Shown piece by piece: positions 1-13,551 of a DNA stretch of 64,000 nt. Source of the DNA: Neoconidiobolus thromboides FSU 785 (Eukaryota; Fungi; Entomophthoromycota); assembly GCA_025603075.1 (NCBI GenBank), contig MU626302.1:1-64000 (forward strand). Reading direction: 5' to 3'. The position numbers and the translations under genes were made by a program. Under the pieces are notes generated by a model. The model was not told the DNA's origin. It saw only the letters and a program-made list of their open reading frames with translations, and did not search any database. Every line of letters starts with the position of its first letter. Within the stretch, counting starts at the first letter, position 1.

Positions 1-213
1 TAAAACAGCAAAATGAATGTAAAAAAGAGGACTCAAGTAAAAAAGTTTGGAAATAGAAAACGGTAAAATATGAGAAAGTTAGTTTAGTATATAAAAACAG
101 CATAAAGTATCAACTAAATATATAGCTTGTGTTAATTTTAAGTTATATATAAAAGGGGTATAGGTTTTGAAAATGATACACAAGAGACTATGGGTTTTTT
201 GCAATCGTTATAT

Positions 214-311
214 AGGGATGTTTTTTTTGATTTCATTATTTTTACATCTTTTAAGCGTTATTTAAGTGGAAAAATTGCTAGTAAAATTCTTAAATACAAA
301 AATACATCCCC
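214..311 (-). mobile_element. MITE family copy 1
   Basis: ATAT|AGGGATGTTTTTTTTG...TTTAAGTGGAAAAATTGCTAGTAAAATTCTTAAATACAAAAATACATCCCC|ATAC; flanks ATAT/ATAC (1 mismatch). Confidence 0.85.
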
Positions 312-504
312 ATACTATTAAAACAATCAAGTAGTAAAAATGTTGAGTTATTTACTCAATAATTAACTATGTTTAGTTATTAGGTTAATGATCATATTTT
401 ATATTGAAATAAAGTAAACACTATATTAACTAAACACTGTACCAATTTAACCTGAATTTAGTAAGTAATCTAATATAAGTTTTATTAGATTTATTTAATT
501 ATTT

Positions 505-599
505 GGGACTGTTTTTTTAGTTTTATTGTTTTCCATTTTTTAAGCGCTATTTGAGTGGAAGGACTGTAGTAAAATTCTTAAACAAAAAAACACATCCCC
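505..599 (-). mobile_element. MITE family copy 2
   Basis: ATTT|GGGACTGTTTTTTTAG...TTGAGTGGAAGGACTGTAGTAAAATTCTTAAACAAAAAAACACATCCCC|ATAT; flanks 1 mismatch. Confidence 0.85.
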
Positions 600-991
600 A
601 TATATTTTTAATATTATTTAAATTAACTTTAAAAAACCTTGTTAAAGAAACATAAATATTAGTTTTTTGTTTTATTAATTTGTTTAATACTATATAATAT
701 AAAATTAAAAATTATTTGCTTTTTATAACTAAAATTGATAAAGAAAATAGTTTAAACTTAAAGCTTTTAAGTATTAAAGTTTATACAATGTATTTTATTT
801 TATTTAAGTATTTATATTATAACTATAGTTATAATAAAAATTAGTAAGAAATTTTCAACTTTTAAATTATTATTAACAACTGTTCTTTTATTGAGAGTAA
901 TATATATTTAAAACCAGATTATTTTCATTTTTATTATAGATTAGTAAAAAAAGCTAAAAAATTCATTTCAACTTGGATTAGCTAAAAGTTT

Positions 992-1063
992 TGACCAGCA
1001 GAGGAGTCGAACCTCTAACCTCTAGATCTGGAGTCCAACGCGCTACCATTGCGCCAGCTAGCC
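992..1063 (-). tRNA. tRNA-Trp (CCA), intronless
   Basis: Reverse complement GGCTAGC TG GCGC AATGGTA GCGC G TTGGA CTCCAGA TCTAG AGGTT AGAGG TTCGACT CCTCT GCTGGTC A folds into a 72-nt cloverleaf with anticodon CCA. Confidence 0.95.
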
Positions 1064-1575
1064 AAATTCCATTTGGAACTCATATTTCTGTTATAATCTT
1101 ACATTATTGCTTATATATTGTACTTTATATTATAATCTGAAAAGAGTAATATATGAGTAAATTTAAAAAAGCCTCGGTTAAAATAAACCTTTTTTAACTT
1201 CTTAATCTTTGCCCATTTTTTGTGTAGCATAGACTTAAAAAAAATTAGTCAAACACTAGACAAAAAATACTCTATTAAAATGATTTTAAAATTAGCCAAG
1301 AAAACAATTATTCTATAAGGTAGGTGCTAAATTTGCAATTCTTGCTAAATCGAAATTGTAAAACTCTTATAGAGCTTTTAAACTAGCCTATACTAAAGAA
1401 GACTAGTTGATAGAATTGAAATTGTTTTGGTTCAAATGAGAGATTATTTTGATGGGATTTTATTTCAAAGGATTTTATACTATTAAAATAAGAATGACAA
1501 AGTGGATATTAATAATGGAGCAACTGCTTCTTTTTGACCAAGTTCAAGTTCTTTTTAGCATTTAAAATACCAAAT

Positions 1576-1673
1576 GGGGATGTATTTTTGTGTTTAAGAA
1601 TTTTATTAACAAATTTTCCGCTTAAATAGTGCTTAAAAAATGGAAGAAATAATGAAGTCAAAAAAACACTCCC
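1576..1673 (+). mobile_element. MITE family copy 3
   Basis: AAAT|GGGGATGTATTTTTGTG...AAAAAAACACTCCC|AAAT; exact non-palindromic 4-bp direct repeat AAAT/AAAT. Confidence 0.9.
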
Positions 1674-1811
1674 AAATACTTTTATTCCAAATATTACGAA
1701 TTTTTCTTCAAATTGAAATTTGATTGGATAATTTATACTCTTTCGTAACATTAATTTCAATAAAATTACTAAAATTTATCATCTCATATCAAGTGTTTTC
1801 ATTTTCAATCA

Positions 1812-4800
1812 ATGAGACTATTAGCTCGAATAGTAGCATTAGTAGCTTTGCTACTCTCCTTCATCCTTTGTGATGGACAACCTTTCCAGGTGTATTTACA
1901 ATCAAATTGGGCCAGTCCGCCACTTGAATTTGAATTATTAGAAACCTTAGTGGAATTCAATAGCTCTAGTTATTTTCACATCATTAATCAGCTTTCGTTA
2001 ACAGAACTCAATAGTGATGCTGAAATTTATGATAACTTTATCAAGTTATTAAAAAAAGAAGGTGTTATGGAAGATAAAGATTGGAATTTATTTGATATGT
2101 TCCTTGCTTCAAGATACGCCTCCCCAAAAGTGATTGCTCACTTTCAATTTTTTAATGAAACGGTGTTGACCGAAGTGAATAAACAGGGAGAGTGTGATAA
2201 TTGGATTCAGGTGGGAAATAAGGCATTTTGTGATGTTAACGAAGTAGTAAAATTGTTGGAAGATAAAAAGATAAATGTGGAGAAAGTCAATGAAGAGTAA
2301 GTTAAATAAGAATTATTATAATAAAAAGAAAGAAGATGATTAATAATTTATTTTTGTTAGATATATCTCCAGTCAAAAACAACCATTCGATCATACTCAT
2401 CCTTCCTTTCAGATCAATCAAAAAGAATTATTAAATGTTATATTTTATACACCAAAATTAGATACTAAGTTTCAAAAAAATCATCAAGTTTTAAGTCAAT
2501 TAGCAGAAAAGGGAAATATTCAATATATTCTAAGATATGCACCCTTGTATTCTAATAAAAATGTATATCTCTCTGGTTATGGAGCTCATTTAAATATTAA
2601 AAATATTGAATACAAAACAGTGGATGATAGAGTATTGTATAATGGTAAGCACTATTTATCAAAGATATTAAATTCAAGTAATAAATAATAATGTTTTTAG
2701 ATGAAGAATTTGAAAATGAGATTGATTCAATTGATAGTGAATATAATTCACATAATAATTTATTAATAAACAAGTTAATATCCGAACCAACTATAATTAA
2801 TGAATTAAAAGATGAAAATTATACAGGTAAAATTAATAAAAAATAAACGATTAATTAACTAATTGATATTTTAGATTTAAGTTATAAAACGAGTAAATAT
2901 ATACTGGATTCTAAATTGCCATTATCAACATGGACTTATCTTACTCAGAATTTTCCAAAGCATTCGAGTTTTTTGGCTAGTAAAAAATTAGGTAATAATA
3001 TTTGCAGTGGCATTCAATTTCAAAGAGATTGGTTTCGTACTGCTCCAGCACCAAATATTTTATTTGTTAATGGTATACCTATTTCTTTAACTGAAGTAGA
3101 TATATTTCAGTAAGTTTTATATTTATTTGTCATTATATTATATTATTATTATTATTCTATATATTAATATTTAAATTTAATTAGTTTGTTAAATGTATTA
3201 AACATTGAAAGAAAGACAGTGAATTCATTATTAGATTTAGGAATGGAATTAAATTCAGCCGTTGATTTTTTAAATAATCAGTTATTAGAAAGCAAAGACA
3301 AAAACCAAGATGATAGTTCAATTTTTGATGTTAGAGAGGATATAAATAATTCATTTATTATTTGGTTAAATGATTTACAAAAAGATGATTTATATAAAGA
3401 TTGGGATAAATCTATCAAAGGAGTAAGTTGGATAATAATATATAATAATAAATACTTTATTTAATATTTATTAATTTATTTGTATAATTATAGTTATTAA
3501 ATGGTATGTATGGAGGGTATTTACCAGAAGTAGCAGTTAATTATGCAAATGTATTATTTGCTTTAGATTTATCTAATCCAGAAGTAATTGATACATTTAA
3601 TGCCGAAATATTGCCATTAATTAATGGAGGAGTACCAATTCGATTTGGATTTATACCATTAATATCAGATGATGTAACATCAGCATCAAATAGTAAGATT
3701 TATTTATTTAATTATTTATTTAACATTAATTAATTATTACAGTACTGGCCTCTTTTTTTATTAAAATATCCAAATTATATGATAGTAAAAAAGTGATTTT
3801 AATGATGGAACAATTGCACAATTTAGTTACAAAGGAAGAAAGTATAATTGATACGTTGAAAAGATTAATTAAACAAGAAAAATTAAATTTAAAATGGGAA
3901 GATTTATCAAATGATTTAGATATTAAAATTACAATTAATAAATATATGAAACGATTAAATTTAAAATTGAAAGATCCAATCTTCTTTGTTAATGGCGAAA
4001 GATTAAATTATGATGCTGTAAGTGAATACTAATTTTGTATTTATTATAATTATATAATTATTATTATATTAATATTTTTATCTTTAGAATTATCAAAGAT
4101 CTTTAGTTACTTCCATTAATAAACAATTAAATGATATAAGAGAAATGGTAATTATATTAATATATTAATAAATATAATTGATTAATTATTAATTATTAAA
4201 TAATAGATAAGAAATGAAGAATTAAGAGATGACATGAACATCTATGACCATTTATTAAGCTTACCAGGAGTCTATAAAAGTTATTCTAATTTGATATTTA
4301 ACTCAGATACATCTACCTCTTTAGATTCATCTTATACTACATTTATACCCGAATTACATCATCATCAAGATATATTAACGAATTTCAATTATTTTACTAA
4401 TATCAAATCAAATAATATTGAACAAGATTCAATCCCAATTACAATTATTTTATTAGATGATCTTAATACTAATAATGGTATTTTATTAACTAAAAAATTA
4501 TTAAAATTTATGGTAAGCTATAACATAATATAATAATAATAATGATAATAAGTTATTACTTTAATTTAGGAAAAAAATAATAATTTACGAATTAGTATAA
4601 TTCATCAATCAACAAATGAATTTACAAATGGGTTAAGTAGTTTAGTTTATGAATCTTTAAATTCGGAAAATTTGGATTTAAATGAAAATTCAGAATTACT
4701 AAAAGATATTGAATCCAAAGACTTTGGTATCAAAATTGATATGAGAGAAGAAGAAATGTTGTATTGGCAGAAAATGCAGTTAAATTTAAATCATATCAAT

Positions 4801-7356
4801 TTGAATTTTAATTCACCAGCTATTATTGTTAATGGAAAGGTAGTATTAGTGTTTATTATAAATAATTAATTAATTTTAATTATTATGTAGATTTTTATAT
4901 TAGAAAATGAAGAGGATTATGAATTAATAGATATTGATATGTTAATTAATTATGAAAAAAAGAAACGATTAAATGATTTATTAAACTCTATTAAGCAAGC
5001 GGAATTATTCTTAAATATTGAAGATAAAATGAAATTAGCAGATTTATTTATGAAATTATCTGGAATCTTAGGAAAAAATTTAGAAAATCATCAAAATATT
5101 GCACGATTTGAAAATAAACCTGGTCAACGTCAACAACTGCCCTCTTTTTCTGCAGAAGAGTGTCGATTTCAAACAGGAGATAAAGAACAATCTTGGGCCA
5201 ATTTGAAGTTTATATTAAATCCAATATCTATACAAGGTCAAAAATGGGCCCCAATTTTAGAAGTATTAAGTAAAATTAATGGTGTTTATTTGGATGGTTA
5301 TTTGAATCCAATTGATGATTCAGATGATTTAAAAAGATTAAATTCTAATTTCTTTCGTTTTAATTTCAATTCAAAATTAAATTTTGATAAAAATGGGTAA
5401 TTAATAATATAAAATATGCAATATATAATATATTAACTTTGATTTATTTAGTGACATCATTCCTTCCAATGTTAAATTTACTAAATTACCTAAAGATACT
5501 TTACTAACTGCTGGTATCGATGCTATTTCTTCATGGGTAGTTATGCCAAGTCAATCCATATATGATTTAGATAATTTACAATTAAAGGAGAGTAACTCAG
5601 GAATTGAAGCTATATTCACATTAAAGCATATCTTAATTGAAGGACATGCCCAAGATTTAAATACACAATCATCACCAAGAGGTTTACAATTTTTATTAAA
5701 TACTGCAAAAAATGAAACGAACGTAGATACTTTAGTGATGGCTAATTTAGGTTATTTTCAATTGAAAGCTAACCCAGGGGTTTATTTTATTAATTTAAGA
5801 CATGGAAAATCAGATATGCTATATGAATTACAAACTCTAGGATCAAGAAATAATAAGAGAAAATATATTCATAATCAATTAGGTCATAGACTTATTTTAA
5901 ATGGGTTTGGAGGTACTGTGTTATTTCCTAAGGTAATTAAAATCAAATCATGGAAATTAATTATTATAATGTTTATTTAGGTTTATAAAAAATCAGGTAT
6001 GGAACATTTATCTTTATTAGATGAAGAAGAATCCGATACTAAAGTTAGTTTATGGGATAAGTAAATAATATTAATTAGTTCACAATAATAATAGTAAACT
6101 AATTTTAACTTTAATTAGATTTTTTGGTAAAAATGAAGTCAAAGTCGAAGAACCAACCATCCATGTATTTACAGTAGCATCTGGTCATTTATATGAACGA
6201 TTTTTGTCTGTAATGATGCTTTCAGTCTTAAAAAATACTAAATCAAATGTGAAATTTTGGTTTATTGAAAATTTTTTATCACCTAATTTTAAGGTAAGTT
6301 ATTAAGATTTAATTTGTTAATATTATTATATTAATTTTATATTAGCATTTTATTCCTAAAATGGCAGAAAAGTATAAATTTGATTATGAATTAATTACTT
6401 ATCAATGGCCTCATTGGCTTAATCAACAGTCTGAAAAACAAAGAAAGCTTTGGGGGTAATTTGATTTACTTGTAATAATATTAAATAATACTAATTTAAT
6501 TCAATTTAGTTATAAAATATTATTTTTAGATGTATTATTCCCGTTATCTGTAGATAAAGTTATTTTTGTTGATGCTGATCAAGTAATGTTCTATAATTAA
6601 TATAATTCATATAATAATTAATTTTAATAGATGGTTCGTGCAGATTTGAAAGAATTAATAGATCATGATTTAGAAGGAGCCCCGTATGGTTATGTACCTT
6701 TTTGTAAATCACGAGAATCTATGAAAGGATATAGATTTTGGGAACAAGGATATTGGAAAGATCATTTACAAGGGAAGCCATATCATATTAGGTAATACAT
6801 TTTATATACTTTGCTTTTTATTTTTATTGAATACATAATAAAATAATCAATTAACTTTTACTAATTATCATTTCATAGTGCTTTATATGTCGTGGACCTC
6901 AAACGCTTCCGGTCCTTAGCAGCAGGGGATCAATTACGTGGTCATTATCAAATGTTATCTTATGATCCTAATTCGTTAGCTAATTTGGATCAAGATTTAC
7001 CTAATCATTTACAATTGAAATTAAAAATTCATTCGTTACCAATGGAATGGTTATGGTGTGAAACTTGGTGTGATGATGAATCTCTAAAAAAAGCAAAAAC
7101 AATTGATTTATGTAATAATCCAGAAACTAAAGAACCTAAATTAGACCGAGCTAAAAGAATTCTACCTGAATGGCAAAGTTTAGATGATGAAATTAAAGGA
7201 TTAAGAGATTTTGAATATCAAGTGGAGAAGGAAGAGGTGGATGGGGATAAAAAGGAAGCTAAGAAGGAATCTAAGAATTCTAAAGAGAAGTTTAAGAAAG
7301 ATAAAATCGAATCTAAAAAAGATCAAAGTTCTCAAGATGAAAAAGATGAACTTTAA
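1812..7356 (+). CDS. UGGT: UDP-glucose:glycoprotein glucosyltransferase (UGGT/Kre5 family), multi-exon
   Basis: N-terminal signal peptide; [11 protein letters not shown]; [17 protein letters not shown]; ASGHLYERF; [18 protein letters not shown]; [10 protein letters not shown]; WLWCETWC; [13 protein letters not shown]; C-terminal KDEL; many short GT-AG introns join the ORF-track fragments. Confidence 0.95.
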
Positions 7357-7555
7357 ATAAATATCTTTTGAAATTTATTTTATTTTATTTAGTATTTTAT
7401 TGTTATTGTTAATCACTATTTTATTTTTAAATTAAAACCAAAATTCAATACAAAAGAAATGCAATTAAAAAATGAGAATGTTATAACCAAAAATGCAATT
7501 CTTTTTTTTTAAATAAAGCTAAATTTATATTTAAAAAATTCATTTTTATATCAAA

Positions 7556-10500
7556 TTAAGGGTATTGCGATTGGTTATCGTTAGGATTACTTTGATTCAA
7601 AGGAGCTAAATTCGAGCCAAAATCTTCGCCACCTGGTGTACCAGGTAAAAAACCCGGGGTACTGGGTACCATAGCTGGTTCATTATCTTTATTTTCTTTT
7701 TTATTACCCCAAGTACCTTCTACAAATGGTTTAGTTGGTGGTGCAAATTCTTCTTCATTATTGTAATTTTCATCTCGAATATTTACTTTATTAAATGTTT
7801 CATTAAATTGAACTTCCATTTTTTCGTTTGAATATCCTTCTTCTTTATTTCCTTTCCAATCGCTATCTTCTTCTCTACCATAACTATAATACCCAATTTT
7901 ATCTTGCTTACTTTTATTATCCCATTTATCTTCCCAAGCTCCTCTTTCTTTACCTGCTGTCCAATTCATTTGCGTATCTTCTGTGCCCAAAGTAGCTGTA
8001 GTATCCATTGATCCATCCCATTTGTCTTTGTTTCCTGTTTCATGTTCTTGAGTAGGCCATGCTTCTTTTGTACTATTTTTATCATAAGTATAACTATCCC
8101 TTTCTTTATTTTCGGTTGAAATTTTATATTGATCGTCATATTTTACTTTTTCACTTTGGTTACCCCATGATGCAGCAACTTCACTTGTTTCATTATTAGA
8201 TGCTGAAGGTTTTTCGGATTCAAAAGCATCAGTTTCTTTTTTACTCCAAGCATCATTATATTTAGTAGATTTATCCCAACTTTCATTTTGAGCTTGATCT
8301 TTTTTACTAGATTCATAACTATCTCCTCTATCTTCTTTATTTTTTTTACTAGAATCCCATTTATCTTGGTAGGTATCGGGGCCTTTCTCCCAAGATGAGC
8401 CATTATCTTTAGTTGCAGATTTATTTTCCCAAGAGCTACCTTGATTGGCAATATTATTTGAAGGAGCAATAGATAAATAGTCTTCTTTTCCTTTATAATC
8501 CGTTGAAGTATTATAACTAGTATAACCCTTTTCATGATCGTCATTTTTAGTTGTATACGATTCAGATGGCAAATATTCATCATCCTGTTCTGGATAAAAT
8601 CCTTGTGGTGCGTAAGGTTGATCTGTTTTGTTTTTAGAATGGATAGCTAAATCATAAATAGGTGTTTCTCCTGCTCCCCAATTAGCTCCATCTTTTTGAT
8701 TTCCATAACCATAATCTCCAGAAGTACCTATATTATTATTATCCCAACTCGATTTCCCTTTACTTGTATTTGAAAAGTTATTTCGACTCCAATCGCTTGC
8801 TGATTCATTATATCGTTCCTTTTTATCCCATTCATTAGAAGTATTTGAGTATTGTTTAGATCGATTCCATTTTGAAGTATCATCGTTGGAATAACTATCT
8901 TTTTTATCCCAGGGATTATCTGTACCACTATTGTTGGCTCTTTGGCTCCATTTGTTATCAACGGAACCTGAGTATTGGCTATTTTGATTCCAGTCATTAT
9001 TGGAACCACCATTATACCCTCCTCTTTCTCTTTGATTCCAATCATTATTATTACCTTGAGATTTAGAACCCCAATCAGTACCAAAACCACTATATTGACT
9101 CCTTGAGTTATTATAAGTACTAGCAGAAGCTCTTGATTGGCTTTGGGTCCATGATGAGCTACCATTATCTCTAGATCTCATACCTGCACCAGCTTTTAGG
9201 TTAGCCCAAGTATTCATTCCACTAGAGCTTGAAGTATAATGTTGATCAAAGCGTGTATTTGGATTACTAGAAAATATATTATTGATTATTCTATACTTAA
9301 ATAATAATTATATTACCCTGGTAAATCAATAATAGATTTATCAACAGTCACAACTTTAGAATTAGTATGTAATTCAACACGAGCCATATTTCCATTGACT
9401 TCTTTGACTATTCCAATATACCCCTTATAACTTCCTGATTTAATATTAACTGTTTTATCAACCAGTGGATCCGTACGACGTGGTCCCCTACCACCACCTT
9501 GACGAAATCCACCTCTCTGGCGATCACCCATATTGGTTGGTGGTCTAGTTGGTACTGTAAATCCATCTTTATCTCTAATTACTTTACCACCCGCCGTATT
9601 CTAAAATATTAAATTGCCAATAATAAATCCTTAAAAATAGTACCTGTGCTTTTGATAAAGAAATCAAAAATTTCACCTTTTCAACAGAAACTCCAGAATT
9701 ATCAATGTGATTACCAGCTTTAACAAATGCTACATTTTTGTGAATATAAATGATAATTCCACGGCGGTTCTATATTTTTTTAGTTATATACTATATACGT
9801 GCGTAAACCAATTTACCTCTCCATGTATATATTTAACTTGGTCCCCAATATTTAAAGGGACACCTTTACTATCTACTGCTACTACCTTTTTGAATTGTAC
9901 ACCTCTGGCAATAGCTATTGGGACACTCCTTATTTGGCCATTTTGGTCCATAACTTTATAATCATTCTTCTCAATTTTAGTAATTACACCCACATTTTGT
10001 GCACTGAAATAGGATTAGAAGATGAAAAGATTAAACGTAAAATGAATTACTCAATTTGCAACAAATCATGAATTCGATACTTAGTATCTTTTCGAGTTAC
10101 AATACTGGTTCCATCTGAATTTCGAAGATCTTTAGTAAAAACTTGAATCTAAACAAATTATAAGTTTAATAATTAATATGAATATGAAACTTACTTCGGA
10201 TGTAGTAGAATCTGAAATCAAGGTAACAACTCTATCACTAACTTTAACAATAAAACCAGTTTCATCATTATGTTTTCCAGATATAACTCGTACATGGTCT
10301 CCAATTTTATAATGTTTGCGTACTTTGGATATCATGATTTTAAGTTCCTATTTAATTAGCTAACTTCTAACAGGGAATTTAAAAAGAGTACCTGAAGACC
10401 ACTGAGTTCAGGCTGTACAGTAACAACATCACCTTCAATCTTTTTCAAAGTACCAGTAACTGTAGCCATTGTTCCTTCCATGATTTCTACCAAATCTCCA

Positions 10501-11931
10501 ATATTTAAACTTTCAGCATTTTGTTGATTGGCCAAAGGTGCGGTTAATGTTGCTAAAGCTTTTGCTATTAAAATTATTAATTTTTCGATTATTTCTTTAA
10601 CTAAAAGTAATACTTTTATCCACTTCATCTTCAATAGCGCTAGCAAACTTAGTAATTTCGTCTAATGTTGGATTCACGTTGGTCATTTGGAGACCAGAAA
10701 TCTTTATATCTTTTTCTAAGAACCCATCTTTGAAATTTTCATTATTATAAACAAGGTAACCTCTTTTTTTCATTACAGCACCTCCGCTGCTACTAACCAT
10801 ATCAACATCTTTTCTATTGAAAAGCTTTTGGGGTGGACGATTTGCTGATTTATTACCAGGTTTACGCTTAGCACTTGTATCTTGATACCCACCTTGACTA
10901 ATATCTAAACGTGGAATAAGCTTGACTTTTGCGAAATCTTGAGTTTCAGAAACTCTTAATATTTGACATAAATCTCCAGCATATTTACCACGCTTAACTC
11001 TAGCCCAGCTTTTTTCTTTTGTACTAAAATCCTTGTATTTAATGTCAAGGACATCAATCATCTCTTTGCGTGGAACAAGTGATATTTTAGATGAAAATAC
11101 ACCTTCTACTTTTTCAATAGACTAATAAAATTAGCAATATACTTTTAAATAAGATACTAAATTACTCTTTTAACATGGGCTAATTTTTGAGCTTCAATGT
11201 AGAGATACCCCTTTAGATCATCTCTAAAAAAGGCAGAGTCAACCATAATTGGATTAGCTGTTGCTCTGCTTTGGAATACTCTTTCCATTATAGTTTTCAG
11301 GATATGTTTGTCTTTACTAGACTAAAAAACGGGTTAAGCTATGTTAAATAATATGAAAACCATGTAGTACATTGCATTTTATCATAAAAAGATTTGGGTC
11401 ATTCATTGTTGGAATCAGACCACCACGAGATTGAGCCCCTTCTGCTGCAAAACCTTCAGCAGCATGTGCATATTTTTTATTTAAACGGGCAGCAATCTCC
11501 TCAGCACTTTCTTCTGCTTCAAACACAGGGCGTCTAGAATATTGTTGAGGTCTTCCAGAACTGGCCGTTATTTCATTGTTGTCAATAAAGCCATCTTGAA
11601 AATTAATTTTAATTTATTTAGATAATTAAAGTGTTCGTACCTTCTCCCTCATCCTCCTCTTCTTCAAATTCGTCATCTCCTTCACTATCTATAGCAGTAT
11701 CATCAATGAAAATGTTTCGATTACTCTTCTTCTTTTTCTAGAGGATTTTTAGTTAAGGTTTAATAAAAGAGTTTAAAATAATACTTTGCTTCTAGAGTTA
11801 CTGTACTCTTCCTCTTCCTCTTCTTCCTCTTCTTCGTCATCTTCATCATTTATAATGAAATCATCTTCATCGTAATTTTCATAATCTTCTTCTTCTTCTT
11901 CTTCACTTTCTACTTGTCTTCTTCTTGACAT
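7556..11931 (-). CDS. SPT5: Transcription elongation factor Spt5, multi-exon, with long Trp-periodic C-terminal tail
   Basis: Acidic N-terminus (MSRRRQVESEEEEE); NGN domain (DDLKGYLYIEAQK); KOW motifs (WARVKRGKYAGDL, GDHVRVISGKH, KTVNIKSGSYKGYIGIVKEVNG); 50-nt intron 9267-9316 joins DLPG in frame to the 7556-9217 ORF. Confidence 0.95.
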
Positions 11932-12479
11932 ATTTTGAGAGAATTTTAAACTGATTTATCTCGTTTTTATTTAAAAAACAAATTTTTTTATTTGCTTGTA
12001 TCCTTTTTATTTCCTAAATTTTATGAAAATTACTACGGTTTGTTTAATCTCTGTTTAAGCTTTCCTAGTAATTTGCATAATGCAAAATTAAAGCTATTGG
12101 AAAAATTGCAATATATTTATCCAATGAAATAGCTATTTAGTAAGTAAAACAACCTAGTTTAATACCAGACTCTGAACTTATGTTAAAATTTTCTATACAA
12201 ACATTTGTTATATAAATTATAATAATCTTGAACTATAATCAGAAAAGGCTAATTCTTCCCAATAATTCATTCCACTAAGATATAAGCTAAGCTTTTATAT
12301 ATGAAGCTCCTAATCCTGATATCTATTATCAAAGGATAAAAATATGCCATATAATTTTAAAATAGCCCCCCGCTTCAGTGTGGATGATTCATTAAATTCG
12401 ACGACATTTTCTTTTAAATTGGAATTATTTAGAGATTTGATTTAAAAAACAAGTTCTCAAGTAATAAACTTCTTTATAT

Positions 12480-12576
12480 AGGAGTGTTTTTTTTAGTTTC
12501 ATAATCTTTCCATTTTTTAAGCACTATTTGAGTGGAAAGATTGTAGTAAAATTCTTAAACAAAAAAACACATCTTC
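12480..12576 (-). mobile_element. MITE family copy 4
   Basis: ATAT|AGGAGTGTTTTTTTTAG...AAACAAAAAAACACATCTTC|ATAT; exact TSD. Confidence 0.9.
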
Positions 12577-12620
12577 ATATCTAAATGAATTTGGCTATAA
12601 CATAAACATAGGTTATTAAA

Positions 12621-12846
12621 TGTAATCCAGTCTTTCATAAGAGTATTACTAAAGCAATCTCCTTTTTTTGGATAATAAGCTAAAAAGATCATTGATTCCA
12701 ACAGAAAATATTCTTCATATTTAGGGACAAAGTGTATTTGATATATGTAAAAATCGGCTTTAGTAATTATGTATCCTTGTCAGTGGGGATTATCCAAAAA
12801 GAGAGATTATTTCAGAAACACCTTTATATAAAAGACATCATTTAGA
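12621..12846. mobile_element. Degenerate fold-back/MITE-like element (second family)
   Basis: ~55-bp imperfect inverted arms 12621-12676 and 12789-12846 (core ATTATCCAAAAA..GAGATT) around a ~110-bp spacer; no clear TSD. Confidence 0.5.
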
Positions 12847-13165
12847 TTGATTTTTATGAAAGAGCATAGGTTTATATTATAATATGAATAAAGTAATGCC
12901 ATAGTAAATTCAAATCAAGGTAATATAGACGATTTATTTATAAATTGATTATAAAATATTTCTTACAGAAAGTACCTTTGAAAATTGATTAAGTAAGATT
13001 AAATTAAACTATAGAAAAACAAGTTTAACTTATGCAAGACTTAAGTTAATAGATGTAAAAGTTATAGTATTGTTTTTAGCGTGGGTATTATTTTATTCAC
13101 ATGTGAATAATTACTAATAAAGTATATAAAATATTGATAGTTTTAAAAAAACATAATGAAGATAT

Positions 13166-13255
13166 GAGAATGTTTTGGTTTCATCACTTTTTCCACTTTT
13201 AAGCGTTGTTTGAGTGGAAAGATTATCAGTAAAATTCTTAAAAAAATACGTTCCT
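13166..13255 (-). mobile_element. MITE family copy 5
   Basis: ATAT|GAGAATGTTTTGGTTTCATCAC...GTAAAATTCTTAAAAAAATACGTTCCT|ACAT; degraded right end. Confidence 0.8.
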
Positions 13256-13551
13256 ACATGATAATATTATTTGATTAGAATATTGATAATTTTTCTGAAA
13301 AAATTAAATGAAAATTCATATTTAAAATTTGAGTTTATTGACATCACTATATAACTAAAAATAAATTTCTATAAAGTTTCTAGACATCATGTATGAATAA
13401 AGTAAAAGTATTTCTATAAGTTGATAAAGTTTTATATTATATTATATTATGTTATGTTATTTTAAAAAAGTAGAATTTTTTCCGACTTATTATGAGCTAT
13501 ATCTAAAGAACAATTTTTATAGACTATTAAAATGAATTCTTTTAAAGATAT

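Noticed and set aside
992-1063. tRNA-Trp with U27-G43 and G29-U41 wobble pairs as a possible UGA reader or recoded genome
   Set aside because: The stem is still 5 bp; conserved Trp residues use TGG and TGA acts as stop in LAMTOR3, G-gamma and PCBD
1509-1760. 83-aa minus ORF
   Set aside because: Runs through MITE copy 3; no ATG start in a gene context and no protein motif
8143-9165. Alternative-frame ORFs (146, 145, 64 aa) over the Spt5 tail
   Set aside because: Shadow frames of a compositionally biased coding region
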